Assembly: GCA_043754515.1 (NCBI GenBank)
Contig: JAYUUO010000163.1
Location: 1-35,797 of the forward strand
Direction: 5' to 3'
Source of the DNA: Armatimonadota bacterium
GTDB taxonomy: Bacteria > Armatimonadota > Armatimonadia > Armatimonadales > Armatimonadaceae
DNA length: 35,797 nt
Part shown: positions 8,961-18,800 of the stretch, one piece after another
How positions within the stretch are numbered: the stretch's first letter is position 1
How the letters are laid out: each line of letters starts with the position of its first letter
Made by a program: the position numbers and the translations under genes
The notes under the pieces: model-generated
The model's database searches: none
Told to the model about the DNA's origin: nothing
What the model saw: the letters and a program-made list of their open reading frames with translations, nothing else

Positions 8961-9857
8961 ATGCTAAAACCCGGCATTTTCAAGAACGTTTTTCAGAGTC
9001 TCGACGCCATGATCACCGGGCGCGGGCGCATTGACGACGAGCTGTTCGACCAGTTCGAGGAAGCCCTGCTCGCCGCCGACCTTTCCGTACGCACCGCCGA
9101 CAAGGTGCTGGACCAGTTGCGGCAGTATGTGCGCGACAACCGTCTCGTCGAGGCGAAGCACGTGCGCGAGGGGTTGACGCACGCGCTTGTCTCTGCCTTA
9201 GGTAGCGCGGGTGACACGAACCTACATTTCGCCCCGAACGCCCCATCGCTGTATCTGATGGTGGGCGTAAACGGCGTCGGCAAAACCACGACTCTAGGCA
9301 AACTCGCTTACCAGCAGGTGCAGGCCGGTAAGAAGGTGTTGCTCGCCGCCGGGGACACGTTCCGCGCCGCCGCCGCCGAGCAGCTCGAGATCTGGGCGAA
9401 TCGCGCCGGTGCCGATTTCGTACGGCAGTTGGAGCGGGCCGACCCCGCCGCCGTGGTGTTCGACGCGATCTCGAAGGCGAAGAACAACGGCACCGACCTG
9501 ATTCTCGTAGATACCGCCGGCAGACTTCACAACAAGGCGAACCTGATGGAGGAGTTAAAGAAGATCGCGCGCGTGTGCGAACGGGAGCTCGGGCGCAAGC
9601 CGGATGAGGTGCTACTCACCCTGGATGCGACGACCGGGCAGAACGCGATCAACCAGGCGAAGGAGTTTATGCGGACGGTGCCCGTCACCGGGATCGCGCT
9701 GTCGAAACTGGATGGCACGGCGCGGGGTGGCATCGTAATCTCGCTCCGGGAGCAACTCGGCGTCCCGATCAAACTGGTAGGCGTCGGCGAAGGAATCGAG
9801 GACCTGCTTCACTTCGACCCGGCGATCTTCGTGGAAGCGATGCTGTCGGTAGACTGA
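8961..9857 (+). CDS. ftsY: SRP receptor FtsY (NG domain only)
   Basis: GVNGVGKTTT, DTFRAAA, DTAGR, DATTGQNA, KLDGTARGG, GVGE. Confidence 0.97.
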   Translation: MLKPGIFKNVFQSLDAMITGRGRIDDELFDQFEEALLAADLSVRTADKVLDQLRQYVRDNRLVEAKHVREGLTHALVSALGSAGDTNLHFAPNAPSLYLMVGVNGVGKTTTLGKLAYQQVQAGKKVLLAAGDTFRAAAAEQLEIWANRAGADFVRQLERADPAAVVFDAISKAKNNGTDLILVDTAGRLHNKANLMEELKKIARVCERELGRKPDEVLLTLDATTGQNAINQAKEFMRTVPVTGIALSKLDGTARGGIVISLREQLGVPIKLVGVGEGIEDLLHFDPAIFVEAMLSVD

Positions 9858-9890
9858 GCTGAGGGGTAACCGTGGTACACTAAAAATGCC

Positions 9891-10847
9891 ATGGATCTCG
9901 AATCTCTCCGCCTTTTTGTTGACCTCGCCGACACACACTCGTTCAGCAAGACCGCCGAACGCTCCTACATGTCGCAATCCGCCGTTTCCCAACGCATCCG
10001 CTCACTCGAACAGGAGTTCGGTTATGTGCTGGTCGAGCGCGGGAAAGGCCGCCCCGGTGCCCACTTCACCGAGGCCGGTATACGCCTTCTGGCGGGTGCT
10101 CGGGAACTGCTCGCCCGCGCCGACGAACTCAAGCGGGAGATGGCGGAACTTTCCGGCGCGGTTTCCGGGTCGCTCCGGGTCGCCACCGTTTACAGCATCG
10201 GGTTGCACGCCCTGACACCCGCCATATCGCAGTACCTCGCCGAGTTCCCCCAGGTTAACTTGCACGTCGAGTATCTGCGCACGAACCGGATCTACGAGTC
10301 GCTCCTCGCGGGCACGATTGACTGCGGAATCGTTGCCTGTCCCAAAGTGATGCCACAGGTCGAGGTCGTCCCCCTGCACATGGAGACGCTGGTGCTGATT
10401 CTGCCGCCGGATCACCCGCTTGCCGGGCGGGAGTCGGTGCCGCTGATCGAACTAGACGGCATGCCTTTCGTCGCCTTTGACCACGATATCCCGACGCGCG
10501 GTCTGATAGACAACGCGCTCAAAGAGGCGGGCGCGTCCGTGGAGATAGTCCACGAGTTCGACAACATCGAGACCGTGAAGCGAGTGGTCGAGATAGGGCA
10601 GGGCATCTCACTGGTGCCCGAGTCAACCGTGCTCCGCGAAGTGCGCGACGGCACCCTGATCGTGCGGCCGTTGGAAGGGGTGACTATCCAGCGTCCGACT
10701 GGTGTGTTGCTCAAAAAAGGCCGCGTGCCCTCTAACGCTTTATCGCGGTTCATGCGAGTTCTAAGCGAGACGCTGGCAAGCGAGGAAACTCTTCCCGCCA
10801 TGAAGCGCGAACTGCGGAAGGAGAACGCGGCTCGCCTGGTGAAATAA
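9891..10847 (+). CDS. LysR-family transcriptional regulator
   Basis: N-terminal HTH SFSKTAE...SQSAVSQRIRSLE followed by a LysR substrate-binding domain. Confidence 0.95.
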   Translation: MDLESLRLFVDLADTHSFSKTAERSYMSQSAVSQRIRSLEQEFGYVLVERGKGRPGAHFTEAGIRLLAGARELLARADELKREMAELSGAVSGSLRVATVYSIGLHALTPAISQYLAEFPQVNLHVEYLRTNRIYESLLAGTIDCGIVACPKVMPQVEVVPLHMETLVLILPPDHPLAGRESVPLIELDGMPFVAFDHDIPTRGLIDNALKEAGASVEIVHEFDNIETVKRVVEIGQGISLVPESTVLREVRDGTLIVRPLEGVTIQRPTGVLLKKGRVPSNALSRFMRVLSETLASEETLPAMKRELRKENAARLVK

Positions 10848-10909
10848 CCGTGTGGAAGGGAGTGCGTGCCTCGGGATGATCATACACCACGCACTCGATT
10901 CACTAAAAC

Positions 10910-12133
10910 ATGCGTTCACCTGTTCCGATCCTAATCCGCACATTTTTATTCACAGCCACGGTTCTTTGTCTGGCCATTGTCGCCCACGCCGACGACTACG
11001 ATTATACGTTCGGCGCGGATGCGCGTATATTCGCGATGGGAGGCGCGGGCCTCGCCGCGACGCGCAATCAGGGCACTTACGAGCGGCGATACAACCCCGC
11101 CGCGCTCGCGTCCACGCCTAAGGGATACGCCATCTACGCCCCTTCATTCAGTTTCCGCGCTGACGGCGCGATCTCGATCACCAAAGCATACTCGTACCTG
11201 TTCAGCGGCGCGAAACTCTCCGACACCACAGACCTTATCCGCCGCTATGGCACCGAAGACAGTGTGTTTGGACTGAACACGAGCCTCGGGTTCCGCGTCG
11301 GCTCTTTTGAGTTACTCGTGCAGGGCGTCGGGAAGTCGCGCCTTCTGCCGAATGCCACCCTGACAAATTGGGCGAAAGCGGGCGCGGATCTGACGAGGCT
11401 CCCCTCCGGTGCCCAGGCGGACGTACTCGCCGCCGGTTATATAACATTACCCTCGATCGCCTACGCGATAAAAATACCGATGCACGGCAAGTTGGTTCAT
11501 AAGGATGACGCCCAGGCAGCGGACGCGCAGGCCAAAAACGCGGCGAAGGACGACGATAAAAAGGGCTATGACGCGGCGGTCGGCGTACGCGCGCGGGTAT
11601 TGCAGACATATTACACGCGCTATTTCCTCAATCAGAACATCGTGCTCGGGAACGCCGACCCCGTTCGCGGTGCCGAGTTGAACGGCAAAGACTACCTCAA
11701 AAATACCGGTGTCGCCGCCGACCTCGGCTTCCTGTTCACCCCCCGCGCCGGAAAGGGCGTCAGCGCGGCGGTGGTCTTCGACAATATCGTCAAACCGAGC
11801 ACGAAGTACCAAGCGAATAATATTGGACTGCTCCAGTATCAAGGGCGCGTGTCGGACGGCGAAGACTTCAACCTGTTGCAGACTACGGTGTCACTGGGAG
11901 CGGCCCTGGAAACAGGCGGACTTACCGTCGCCGCCGACCTGATGGATCTTTCCGGCGCGACACGCCCGATAGACCTACGGCTTGGGGTCGAGCAGAAGAT
12001 CGGCAAGCCGCTCGCGCTTCGTGCCGGGTTCTCTTCCAATACTGGCATTACGGGCGGCTTCGGGCTGTTCGGGTTCGACTTCGCGTTCGGCCAGCGCCTA
12101 CCGCTAGAGGTAAATAAAACGATCCGGTTTTAA
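10910..12133 (+). CDS. Secreted, probable outer-membrane beta-barrel protein (TraF_2/PorV/FadL-like)
   Basis: Signal peptide ending AHA; ARIFAMGGAG.A and YNPAALA motifs; amphipathic strands (DLGFLF, LRLGVE, LALRAGF); terminal Phe. Confidence 0.7.
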   Translation: MRSPVPILIRTFLFTATVLCLAIVAHADDYDYTFGADARIFAMGGAGLAATRNQGTYERRYNPAALASTPKGYAIYAPSFSFRADGAISITKAYSYLFSGAKLSDTTDLIRRYGTEDSVFGLNTSLGFRVGSFELLVQGVGKSRLLPNATLTNWAKAGADLTRLPSGAQADVLAAGYITLPSIAYAIKIPMHGKLVHKDDAQAADAQAKNAAKDDDKKGYDAAVGVRARVLQTYYTRYFLNQNIVLGNADPVRGAELNGKDYLKNTGVAADLGFLFTPRAGKGVSAAVVFDNIVKPSTKYQANNIGLLQYQGRVSDGEDFNLLQTTVSLGAALETGGLTVAADLMDLSGATRPIDLRLGVEQKIGKPLALRAGFSSNTGITGGFGLFGFDFAFGQRLPLEVNKTIRF

Positions 12134-12214
12134 AGTATTTCGGGTTTCGCGAAAATACCCTGTCAGATGCGCGCCCTCATTCTCGTTATTACAAGAGAAG
12201 GAAAACGAGAAGCA

Positions 12215-13261
12215 ATGAAATCTATCGTAGGGCTTATTTGGACATTGTGCGCGACGACTTTGATCGGGGTCGCGCACGGTCAGGTGCTAACAACCAACTC
12301 GACGCGGATTATCACCGGGGTGCCGCGTACCCGGCGGCAACATGCCGTCACGCGCCGACCGCGCGTCACGGCGCGGGGCACCCGCGCGGCGACCGGGACG
12401 AGGAGCACGCGCACCACTACACTCACTGTGGCGGCTGTCGTGGAGTCCGTTGACGCCACCGGGCGAAACGTGCATCTGCGGCTGACTCCAGACGGGACAC
12501 CGTCATCCACGCCCGAAATCGTAGTCGCGGTGCAGGATACCGTCTGCCAGCCACGTAAGAATAACCGCGCGGCTACTCTAGCGGATTTCGCCCCCGGAGA
12601 GCAGGTGATAGCCCGCCTGACGTGGCGTACAACCCCGGAGCCGGTAGTGATCCTACGTGACCTGTACGACGCCGCGTCCTATACCGAGCGAGAGCAGGAC
12701 GGCAAAACCACGTGCGTCGGCACCGTGGAGACGTTTACGGCGACACAGCTGTCGGTGCGACGCGGGGATGGGATGACTACAAACTTCCGGATCGGTGAAC
12801 GAACACTTGTTATTAAAAATGACGCCTACGCGAGCATCGCCTCGTTCCCGGTCGGGGCGTCGGTAGCCGTCAAGCCGCGCCGATTACCCGGGGGCGATTT
12901 GCAGGCGTCCATCGTTGGTGGCACGGCGGAAGAGGTCGCCTGGGCTTACCGGGATACGCTTTCCTCGTGGAGCGGCACCGTTTCCGGCGTTCAGGGGGAT
13001 GAGCGATCCGGTGCGACTGTTACCCTGCGGCGTGAGGATGGTGCCGCGCGACGCTTTTTACTGCCGACGGGGGCGTTGTTCGAGCAAGGACGTGCGTTGC
13101 TACCGTGGCAGTATCTGAATGGCGCGGCGGTGACCGTTCACCTAGTGAAGGGAAGCGGGGCAGACGGGATGCGCTACGCGGACATGGTTAAGATCGCCTC
13201 GCGCCGGACGCGTAGATCGCCGGGGCTGCCCACATACCCCGCCACCACCCAACTACCGTGA
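12215..13261 (+). CDS. Secreted protein with three small beta/OB-like repeats (DUF5666-like)
   Basis: Signal peptide; repeats AVVESVD..., GTVETF..., GTVSGV... each followed by a G..V.V strand; start moved to MKSIV. Confidence 0.55.
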   Translation: MKSIVGLIWTLCATTLIGVAHGQVLTTNSTRIITGVPRTRRQHAVTRRPRVTARGTRAATGTRSTRTTTLTVAAVVESVDATGRNVHLRLTPDGTPSSTPEIVVAVQDTVCQPRKNNRAATLADFAPGEQVIARLTWRTTPEPVVILRDLYDAASYTEREQDGKTTCVGTVETFTATQLSVRRGDGMTTNFRIGERTLVIKNDAYASIASFPVGASVAVKPRRLPGGDLQASIVGGTAEEVAWAYRDTLSSWSGTVSGVQGDERSGATVTLRREDGAARRFLLPTGALFEQGRALLPWQYLNGAAVTVHLVKGSGADGMRYADMVKIASRRTRRSPGLPTYPATTQLP

Positions 13262-13839
13262 ACGATCTGCTGCTGGACTTACAAACGATCCGCGAACGGA
13301 TAGCGGCACTCCCCGAGCGGCTACAGGTCGAGGGCGAGGAATCTACCGACTCGAAAAACGAGGGGCCTCTGGCGGTTATCGCACGTCAGGGACGTTTGAT
13401 TCTGCGGTTAACCGCCGCAGTGGAAGCCATGGAATCTCGTGTCAAAGATCAGGAGGGCGCGCGTCAGGAAGCGGTGGTGGCGCGGAGCGCGGCGGACGAC
13501 GCGGGCGAAGAAACGCGCCGGGTGCTTCGCGAAGTCGCCCTGCCGCTCATGGACGCTCTGGACTTCGCGGCGGAGACTGCGGCTACCCGTGGGGATGCGG
13601 GGCTATCCGATGCCCTTGCCGGGGCGCGGCGGGATGGGCTACGCCGCCTTGCTACCGTAGGCGTCGCGCGGATTCCGGCGACCCCCGGTACTCCTTTCGA
13701 CGGGCGATTACACGAGGCGGTGGAAACTCGCCCCGCACCGCCCGGCATGGACCGGTATGTCATCCTCGCGGTCGTCCGCCCCGGATACCAGCGCGGCACG
13801 GAGATTTTACGCAGTGCCACGGTGATAACCTCCGCTTAG
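13258..13839 (+). CDS. GrpE-like protein
   Basis: Coiled coil then LPLMDALD, G.PFD.RLHEAV, ILAVVRPGY..G..ILRSATV. Confidence 0.8.
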   Translation: MNDLLLDLQTIRERIAALPERLQVEGEESTDSKNEGPLAVIARQGRLILRLTAAVEAMESRVKDQEGARQEAVVARSAADDAGEETRRVLREVALPLMDALDFAAETAATRGDAGLSDALAGARRDGLRRLATVGVARIPATPGTPFDGRLHEAVETRPAPPGMDRYVILAVVRPGYQRGTEILRSATVITSA

Positions 13840-14516
13840 GGAATCGGCTTTCCCATCTGCTCGTAGACATCGGAGATACGCTTGACGTCCGTAGCGGCTT
13901 CCTGGTTGGACGGGTCAAACTTGACCGCGCGACGCGACAGGCGTAAGGCTTCCGGGTATTTTTTAGCGGGCGGGATCGTCGCGTCGTCCATGATCGCGCG
14001 CGCGAGCGCGGTCAGCGACGCGCTATAAGATTTCTTGGCGGCCGCACTATTCGGTGTCTTTTTCAGCGCGAGTGTCGCGGCGTTCGACTTCTTACGCAAC
14101 TCAGCGACGGTTGTCTTTTTCGCCTCGGGCGCGGGCGATGCGACCGGGGACGGAGAGGCGGCGACCGGGGGTGTCACAACGGCGGGAGTTACTCCCGCGG
14201 GCGGCGTCAGCGACCTCGGCTTAGCGTCTGCGAGCGGGGCGACCTCGACACCCGCTGTCTTCGCCTCCGCGACGTCATCGAAACTAGCGAACGAAAGGCT
14301 GTTACGCTTGTAATACTTACCCCGGTAGTTGCGCGTGCCGCCCCCCGCCGCGTTTAGGTGGCAGTAGCCACACTTCACCTCCTCTTTTTTGGAGTAAGCG
14401 GGGAAAGCCTGCGCCGACTGCGGCTTGCCGACGAGGGCGACGGCGGCGACGCATACGGCAGCGACGGCGGTCAATCCGCCGAGCGCGGATCGGGTATCGA
14501 AACGAAATTTAGGCAT
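13836..14516 (-). CDS. Secreted monoheme cytochrome c-like domain + Pro/Ala linker + TPR-like helical domain
   Basis: Signal peptide ending AQA; CGYCH (CxxCH); C-terminal KYPEALRLSRRAVKFDPSNQEA. Confidence 0.7.
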   Translation of the reverse strand: MPKFRFDTRSALGGLTAVAAVCVAAVALVGKPQSAQAFPAYSKKEEVKCGYCHLNAAGGGTRNYRGKYYKRNSLSFASFDDVAEAKTAGVEVAPLADAKPRSLTPPAGVTPAVVTPPVAASPSPVASPAPEAKKTTVAELRKKSNAATLALKKTPNSAAAKKSYSASLTALARAIMDDATIPPAKKYPEALRLSRRAVKFDPSNQEAATDVKRISDVYEQMGKPIP

Positions 14517-14596
14517 CGGAATGAAAACTCCTTGAAAGCGAATGGGGTACCGCGCAAAAGTGAACGCGGGACGTCAGTGTTGACGTACCATTCCAC

Positions 14597-15319
14597 CTAG
14601 GGGTTCATTTCTCCTTCCGCACCCCGGCGATATTGTGCCGCGTTGAGCCTCCCGGTGAGAAACGAGGCGACCCGTGCCAGACTCTCCCGCGTCACCTCGT
14701 GCCCCATCGGGTATTCCTGGTAGGCGAAGTCGAGCGGCAAGCGGGACAGTTCCATCTGGATACGCCGCCCTTCCGTGATCGGTAGCACCCGATCATGAAG
14801 GCCATGTACCGCGAGAACGGGCAACCCCGCCAGGCGCGCGTCGTCGGCCCGCTCCGCGAGCGTCGCGCCAATCAGCCGTCCGCTCATGGCGACGACCCCC
14901 GCCACAACTTCCGGCGCATGGAGCGCGAGATACAGGCTCATGATCGCCCCCTGAGAGAACCCGGCGAGGTATACCCTGCTCGCATCGAGATCGTAGGCGG
15001 TTGTCGCCTCGGCGATGAACGTCCGCAACAAGTCGCGGCTCGTCCCCGCGTACATCTCGTCGGCCACGAGCCCGTCGGGCGTGAACTCGACCGGATACCA
15101 GCCGAAGCCTTGCCCGTGGGTCAGCGGGGCACGGACCGACGCCACGAAGAACCTTTCGTCTAGCTCATCCGCCAACCCGAAAAGATCCCGCTCATGGCTC
15201 CCCACGCCGTGGGCGAGTAGAAGGAGCGGCGGCTTTATCCCGCCCGTCGGCTCGATGCGCGGCGGGCGGGTTAGGTGCTGGAGCGAAAATCGCCCGGTGT
15301 CTCCTGATAATGGCATCAT
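14597..15319 (-). CDS. Phospholipase/carboxylesterase (alpha/beta hydrolase)
   Basis: HGVGS, GFSQGA nucleophile elbow, HG..D.VLP, MGHEV triad; start moved to MMPLS. Confidence 0.92.
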   Translation of the reverse strand: MMPLSGDTGRFSLQHLTRPPRIEPTGGIKPPLLLLAHGVGSHERDLFGLADELDERFFVASVRAPLTHGQGFGWYPVEFTPDGLVADEMYAGTSRDLLRTFIAEATTAYDLDASRVYLAGFSQGAIMSLYLALHAPEVVAGVVAMSGRLIGATLAERADDARLAGLPVLAVHGLHDRVLPITEGRRIQMELSRLPLDFAYQEYPMGHEVTRESLARVASFLTGRLNAAQYRRGAEGEMNP

Positions 15320-15362
15320 TTCCCCCTGCGAGGTTACGCCGCCCGCCGCCATCGGGTTCCCG

Positions 15363-16577
15363 TTAGTGGTCGGGAGCCTCATACGGGTCGCCGTACTCGA
15401 ACTGGTTTGTGGGTTGGAAGTTCCCAACCTTAATATGTCGGCGGAACGGAACCCCGCGATGGAACCCTTCCGCTGTCACGTCGAACACGAACTGTTGTAG
15501 TGACGAGAGCCGTACCCCGCCGAGCGTCACCGGGCGAACCACAGTATAGATACTGCCCCACGGCGTACAGAAGAAGTAGCCCAGGGGTTCGCCGCTCTTC
15601 TTCTTCGCGTACTGGATATCACCGCGCGTATAAGCTTCCGTAATTTCCGACTGGATGGTAAGAGTCTTAGCGGGAGCCGAGTCGAGCTCCCATTGCGTGT
15701 CAAGTGCCAGGCGCGCCTTGGGGTCACGCGCATATGTCCGACGCGCCTCCGGGTCGGTCAGGCACCACGGGTCGAATCCAGTTTCTCCAGGTGCCGGTAG
15801 CCGTCGCGGGGTGACAGTAACGGACGCAATCGGTTGGACGCGCGTCACGAGCGCGGGCACAGCCGCCAATTGCCCCAGCCGATAGAACTGCGAGATGGCG
15901 ACTTTAAGATGCTCCTCGATCCGCTCATGTACCTCGCGACTCGGGTTCTGCCGGTGCATGTCATCTGCATAGCGTGCCTTCGAGCATGCCGCCGCATAAA
16001 TGCCGCGCAGGGTGCCGCGTTCCGCCTCCCGTGCCTCCGAAAGGTCACGCGCGGCTTCGAGAACCGTCATCGCGGCTTGCGCGTGATCCCGTATCGCCTT
16101 CATCGCGTTCAGCATGCCGTGGAGGTGTGAGTTTGGACACGGCTCCACCTCGCTCCAGGCGGGTAGTTCCGCTGGGAGGGGTATATCGAGGTTGTAGTGG
16201 GCGTCGGCGTGTGCCTGTTGCGCCCGCGTCAGCCACTCCTCCACCGGCGCATAGAAACGGAGCACCTGATCCGCTGTGATAGCCGGTACGAATCCGACGG
16301 TCGCCGGATCATCCTGGTAGTCGGCGTCCAGAAACGCGTTGCCGAGGGTCTGCAACACGAACGCGTTCCAGGTACAGGCGAGTTCCGCCTGTTTCGCGGT
16401 AGGCATCGTCCAGGCATTCAATCCGTCGGCGGCGGCGGCGTTCCGCTCCGCCTCGGCCTGATCGAGCAGTTCGAGAACTGAAAGGCTGGCACGGCGGTAC
16501 GCTTCGAGTGTGTTCGCGGACACTTCTCCTTTGACCAAGGATACCAAACGTGTCCAGGTGGTGGGCGTCTCGTTCAT
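15363..16577 (-). CDS. Hypothetical protein (404 aa)
   Basis: Long ORF with protein-like composition and a purine-rich RBS; no family recognised. Confidence 0.75.
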   Translation of the reverse strand: MNETPTTWTRLVSLVKGEVSANTLEAYRRASLSVLELLDQAEAERNAAAADGLNAWTMPTAKQAELACTWNAFVLQTLGNAFLDADYQDDPATVGFVPAITADQVLRFYAPVEEWLTRAQQAHADAHYNLDIPLPAELPAWSEVEPCPNSHLHGMLNAMKAIRDHAQAAMTVLEAARDLSEAREAERGTLRGIYAAACSKARYADDMHRQNPSREVHERIEEHLKVAISQFYRLGQLAAVPALVTRVQPIASVTVTPRRLPAPGETGFDPWCLTDPEARRTYARDPKARLALDTQWELDSAPAKTLTIQSEITEAYTRGDIQYAKKKSGEPLGYFFCTPWGSIYTVVRPVTLGGVRLSSLQQFVFDVTAEGFHRGVPFRRHIKVGNFQPTNQFEYGDPYEAPDH

Positions 16578-16706
16578 TACTTTCGTTCCTCTACAGTTTT
16601 ATAGGCACCCGCGCGGTGCCGGCAGGATCAATGTTCCCACCGACTTCTGACCCGTAGAGTAGGGAATGGTTGCGGCGAACCGGTCGAGTTTTGCGCGGTG
16701 TGCGTA

Positions 16707-17105
16707 CTAATACACGAAATGTGAGGAGTTCACGGGGTCGCATATGTTCGGCTCGTTCGGATTCGCGCTTTGCGTACTCGGTTCGTTGTATGTCATGGCT
16801 CCGGGTACGGAGTATTTGTAGATCAGGGCGCATCCGGTCAGATCCTTGCTCGCCTGAATAGTGCCTGGATCGAGTGCCTTCGCATGGCCGTCGAACAGCA
16901 AACAGCTCGTCCGCCCCTGGTGCCGGTTCCCGGCTTTGAACAACCGATTCCCCACCACGTCCGCACCGCTATCGAACAGGTTGCCCCGCATCTCGCGGGT
17001 AGGGTGGGAATAGGGGGGAGCATGGGCGATCCTTTCGGGCACGGCGAATGGGATATTATAACTGCGGCTTGTTAAGTCCGTATTAAGGATCCTGCCACGT
17101 CCCAC
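16707..17105 (-). pseudogene. C-terminal fragment of a prepilin-type/DUF1559 protein with H-X9-DG motif
   Basis: RHQGRTSCLLFDGHAK is H-X9-DG-H; no N-terminal GFTLIELL prepilin segment; in-frame stop just upstream. Confidence 0.65.
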
Positions 17106-17189
17106 ATTGCACGTGACCTGCCCCGAATTTTTCTACCGCGGGTTATGAGATAACTGTCACCGCCCGCTCCCTTTTCTTGGAGTGAAGGA

Positions 17190-18224
17190 TTAACGCGATT
17201 GGGGTAGCGGGCCACGCACACCGGAACGCCACGCCGCTATCAGACCATCCTCGTACGCACCGAAGTCGCCGCTACTCGAGTCGCCGATCTTTCCGGTTTC
17301 ATCAAGCCACGCAATATTTCGGGCGACGCCTTCGCGGAACGGGATCGCCTGCCCTGTGTAGGGCGCGGGGCCGTTCGCGGTGTCCCGCTTGATCTTGGCG
17401 TTGTCGAAGATCGAGGTGTGCGCGAATATCTCTTTCAAGCCGCCGCTGTATTTCGGCGCAATCTCGGTCAGGATGTCAGTCGGGATATAGCACGCGTCAA
17501 AAGTGCCGCCCGCCGCCTCCGCGCATGTCGCGGTGTAGGTATTCCACGTGAAGTATTCGTCGGCGGTGATGTTGTAGGCTTGCCCCTTGCAAACATCCAC
17601 GCCCATCGTTGCGATAAAGCCACGCCCCACATCATCCACATGACAAGACGCCCAAAGCGAGGTGCCGTCACCATGCACCACCAGCGGCTTGTTCTTGCGT
17701 AACCTGTCGAGGAACGTGTCGGAGTTGCCCCAGGAGCGGATCACCTGCCCGCCCTCGCCGTAGGAGTGTGATGGGCGTAGGATAGTAGCGGGGAAGCCAC
17801 TGGCATTATGCGCGGCGAAAAGTAGCTCCTCGCACTTCGCTTTGTTCTTGCCATAGCCGCCGATGCTGTGGAAAGGCTCGTACTCCGGCGTCGGGATCAG
17901 AGTCGGCGGCCCGCTATAGACACAGACCGTAGAGCAGTGGATAAATTGCCCGCACCGCCCGCTAAAGGCGCGGATCGCGGACGCGGTGTCGTCCGGCGAG
18001 AACGCGACCATGTCTACGACGACATCGAATGTCTCATCCGCGAACGTCTTCTCGAACGCTAAATAGTCTTTGCGGTCGCCGATGATGACGTCGTAAGAGC
18101 CTTCCGGCAGTCGCGACTCCGACTTGCCCCGGTTGAAGCAAGTCACTTGATGACCGGCCGCGATCAGTTGCCGCGCCGTGGCGGTCGAGATGAGGCCAGT
18201 TCCCCCTATGAATAATACATGCAT
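17190..18224 (-). CDS. NAD-dependent epimerase/dehydratase (extended SDR)
   Basis: VLFIGGTGLIS Rossmann motif, YGKNK (YxxxK), LRP..SYG; true start MHVLF. Confidence 0.92.
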   Translation of the reverse strand: MHVLFIGGTGLISTATARQLIAAGHQVTCFNRGKSESRLPEGSYDVIIGDRKDYLAFEKTFADETFDVVVDMVAFSPDDTASAIRAFSGRCGQFIHCSTVCVYSGPPTLIPTPEYEPFHSIGGYGKNKAKCEELLFAAHNASGFPATILRPSHSYGEGGQVIRSWGNSDTFLDRLRKNKPLVVHGDGTSLWASCHVDDVGRGFIATMGVDVCKGQAYNITADEYFTWNTYTATCAEAAGGTFDACYIPTDILTEIAPKYSGGLKEIFAHTSIFDNAKIKRDTANGPAPYTGQAIPFREGVARNIAWLDETGKIGDSSSGDFGAYEDGLIAAWRSGVRGPLPQSR

Positions 18225-18230
18225 GAGGCT

Positions 18231-18236
18231 ATTATA
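18231..18236 (-). promoter_or_regulatory. -10 box TATAAT (leaderless epimerase mRNA)
   Basis: TATAAT 6 nt upstream of ATG 18224; no SD. Confidence 0.65.
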
Positions 18237-18249
18237 GCCGCAATTTAGA

Positions 18250-18696
18250 GGGTTCTGTAGCCGCCCGAGAATCTCATCCATCCAAGTGGCATCGTTTGGA
18301 GTCAACGGTGGGTTCAACGGGGCGGAGTAGTCGAGGATTTGTGCCAGCGACTCGCGCCGTAGCAACGGTCGCAAGCCTCCTGTAAGTCAAGGGCTACCGG
18401 CGCGACATCCGGCGTGAGCGGTAACGCGAAAACGGGCAATACGTTCCGTAAGCCGATCCGCTAGACGTTCCAGTCCGCAGGCAAATCCCTGTCACGGAGC
18501 GTGACGAGGTAGTCCCACCTGCCGAACGCGGCGATCTCGGCTTCGGGAACGAAAACGGTATGCGTTCCCCCACGTAACAGGTCAATCTCCACAAAATGTA
18601 CGGAGCTATCGAGAAACTGCGCCTGCTTCCTGTGATGTCGGACCAGGGAATCTGGCTCTCGATGAACGGGGCGAATCCTGGAAATGGCGAGGGCAT
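18250..18696 (-). pseudogene. DUF4058-family pseudogene
   Basis: MPSPFPG start joined directly to VHFVEIDLLRGG (internal deletion plus frameshift); TAG at 18461-18463; LDLQ...; frameshift into ILDYSAPLNPPL...W. Confidence 0.8.
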
Positions 18697-18800
18697 AGCG
18701 AACAGTTCTCCAGTCACATTCTATCCCATCGCCCGTGGACGACCCGGAATGCGAGCAAAAAACGGTGCACATCCCCGCCCTCTCCGCGCATATCAGCAAC

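Noticed and set aside
18225..18374. N-terminal extension of the epimerase ORF
   Set aside because: It is the DUF4058 pseudogene tail; the Rossmann motif and -10 box define ATG 18224
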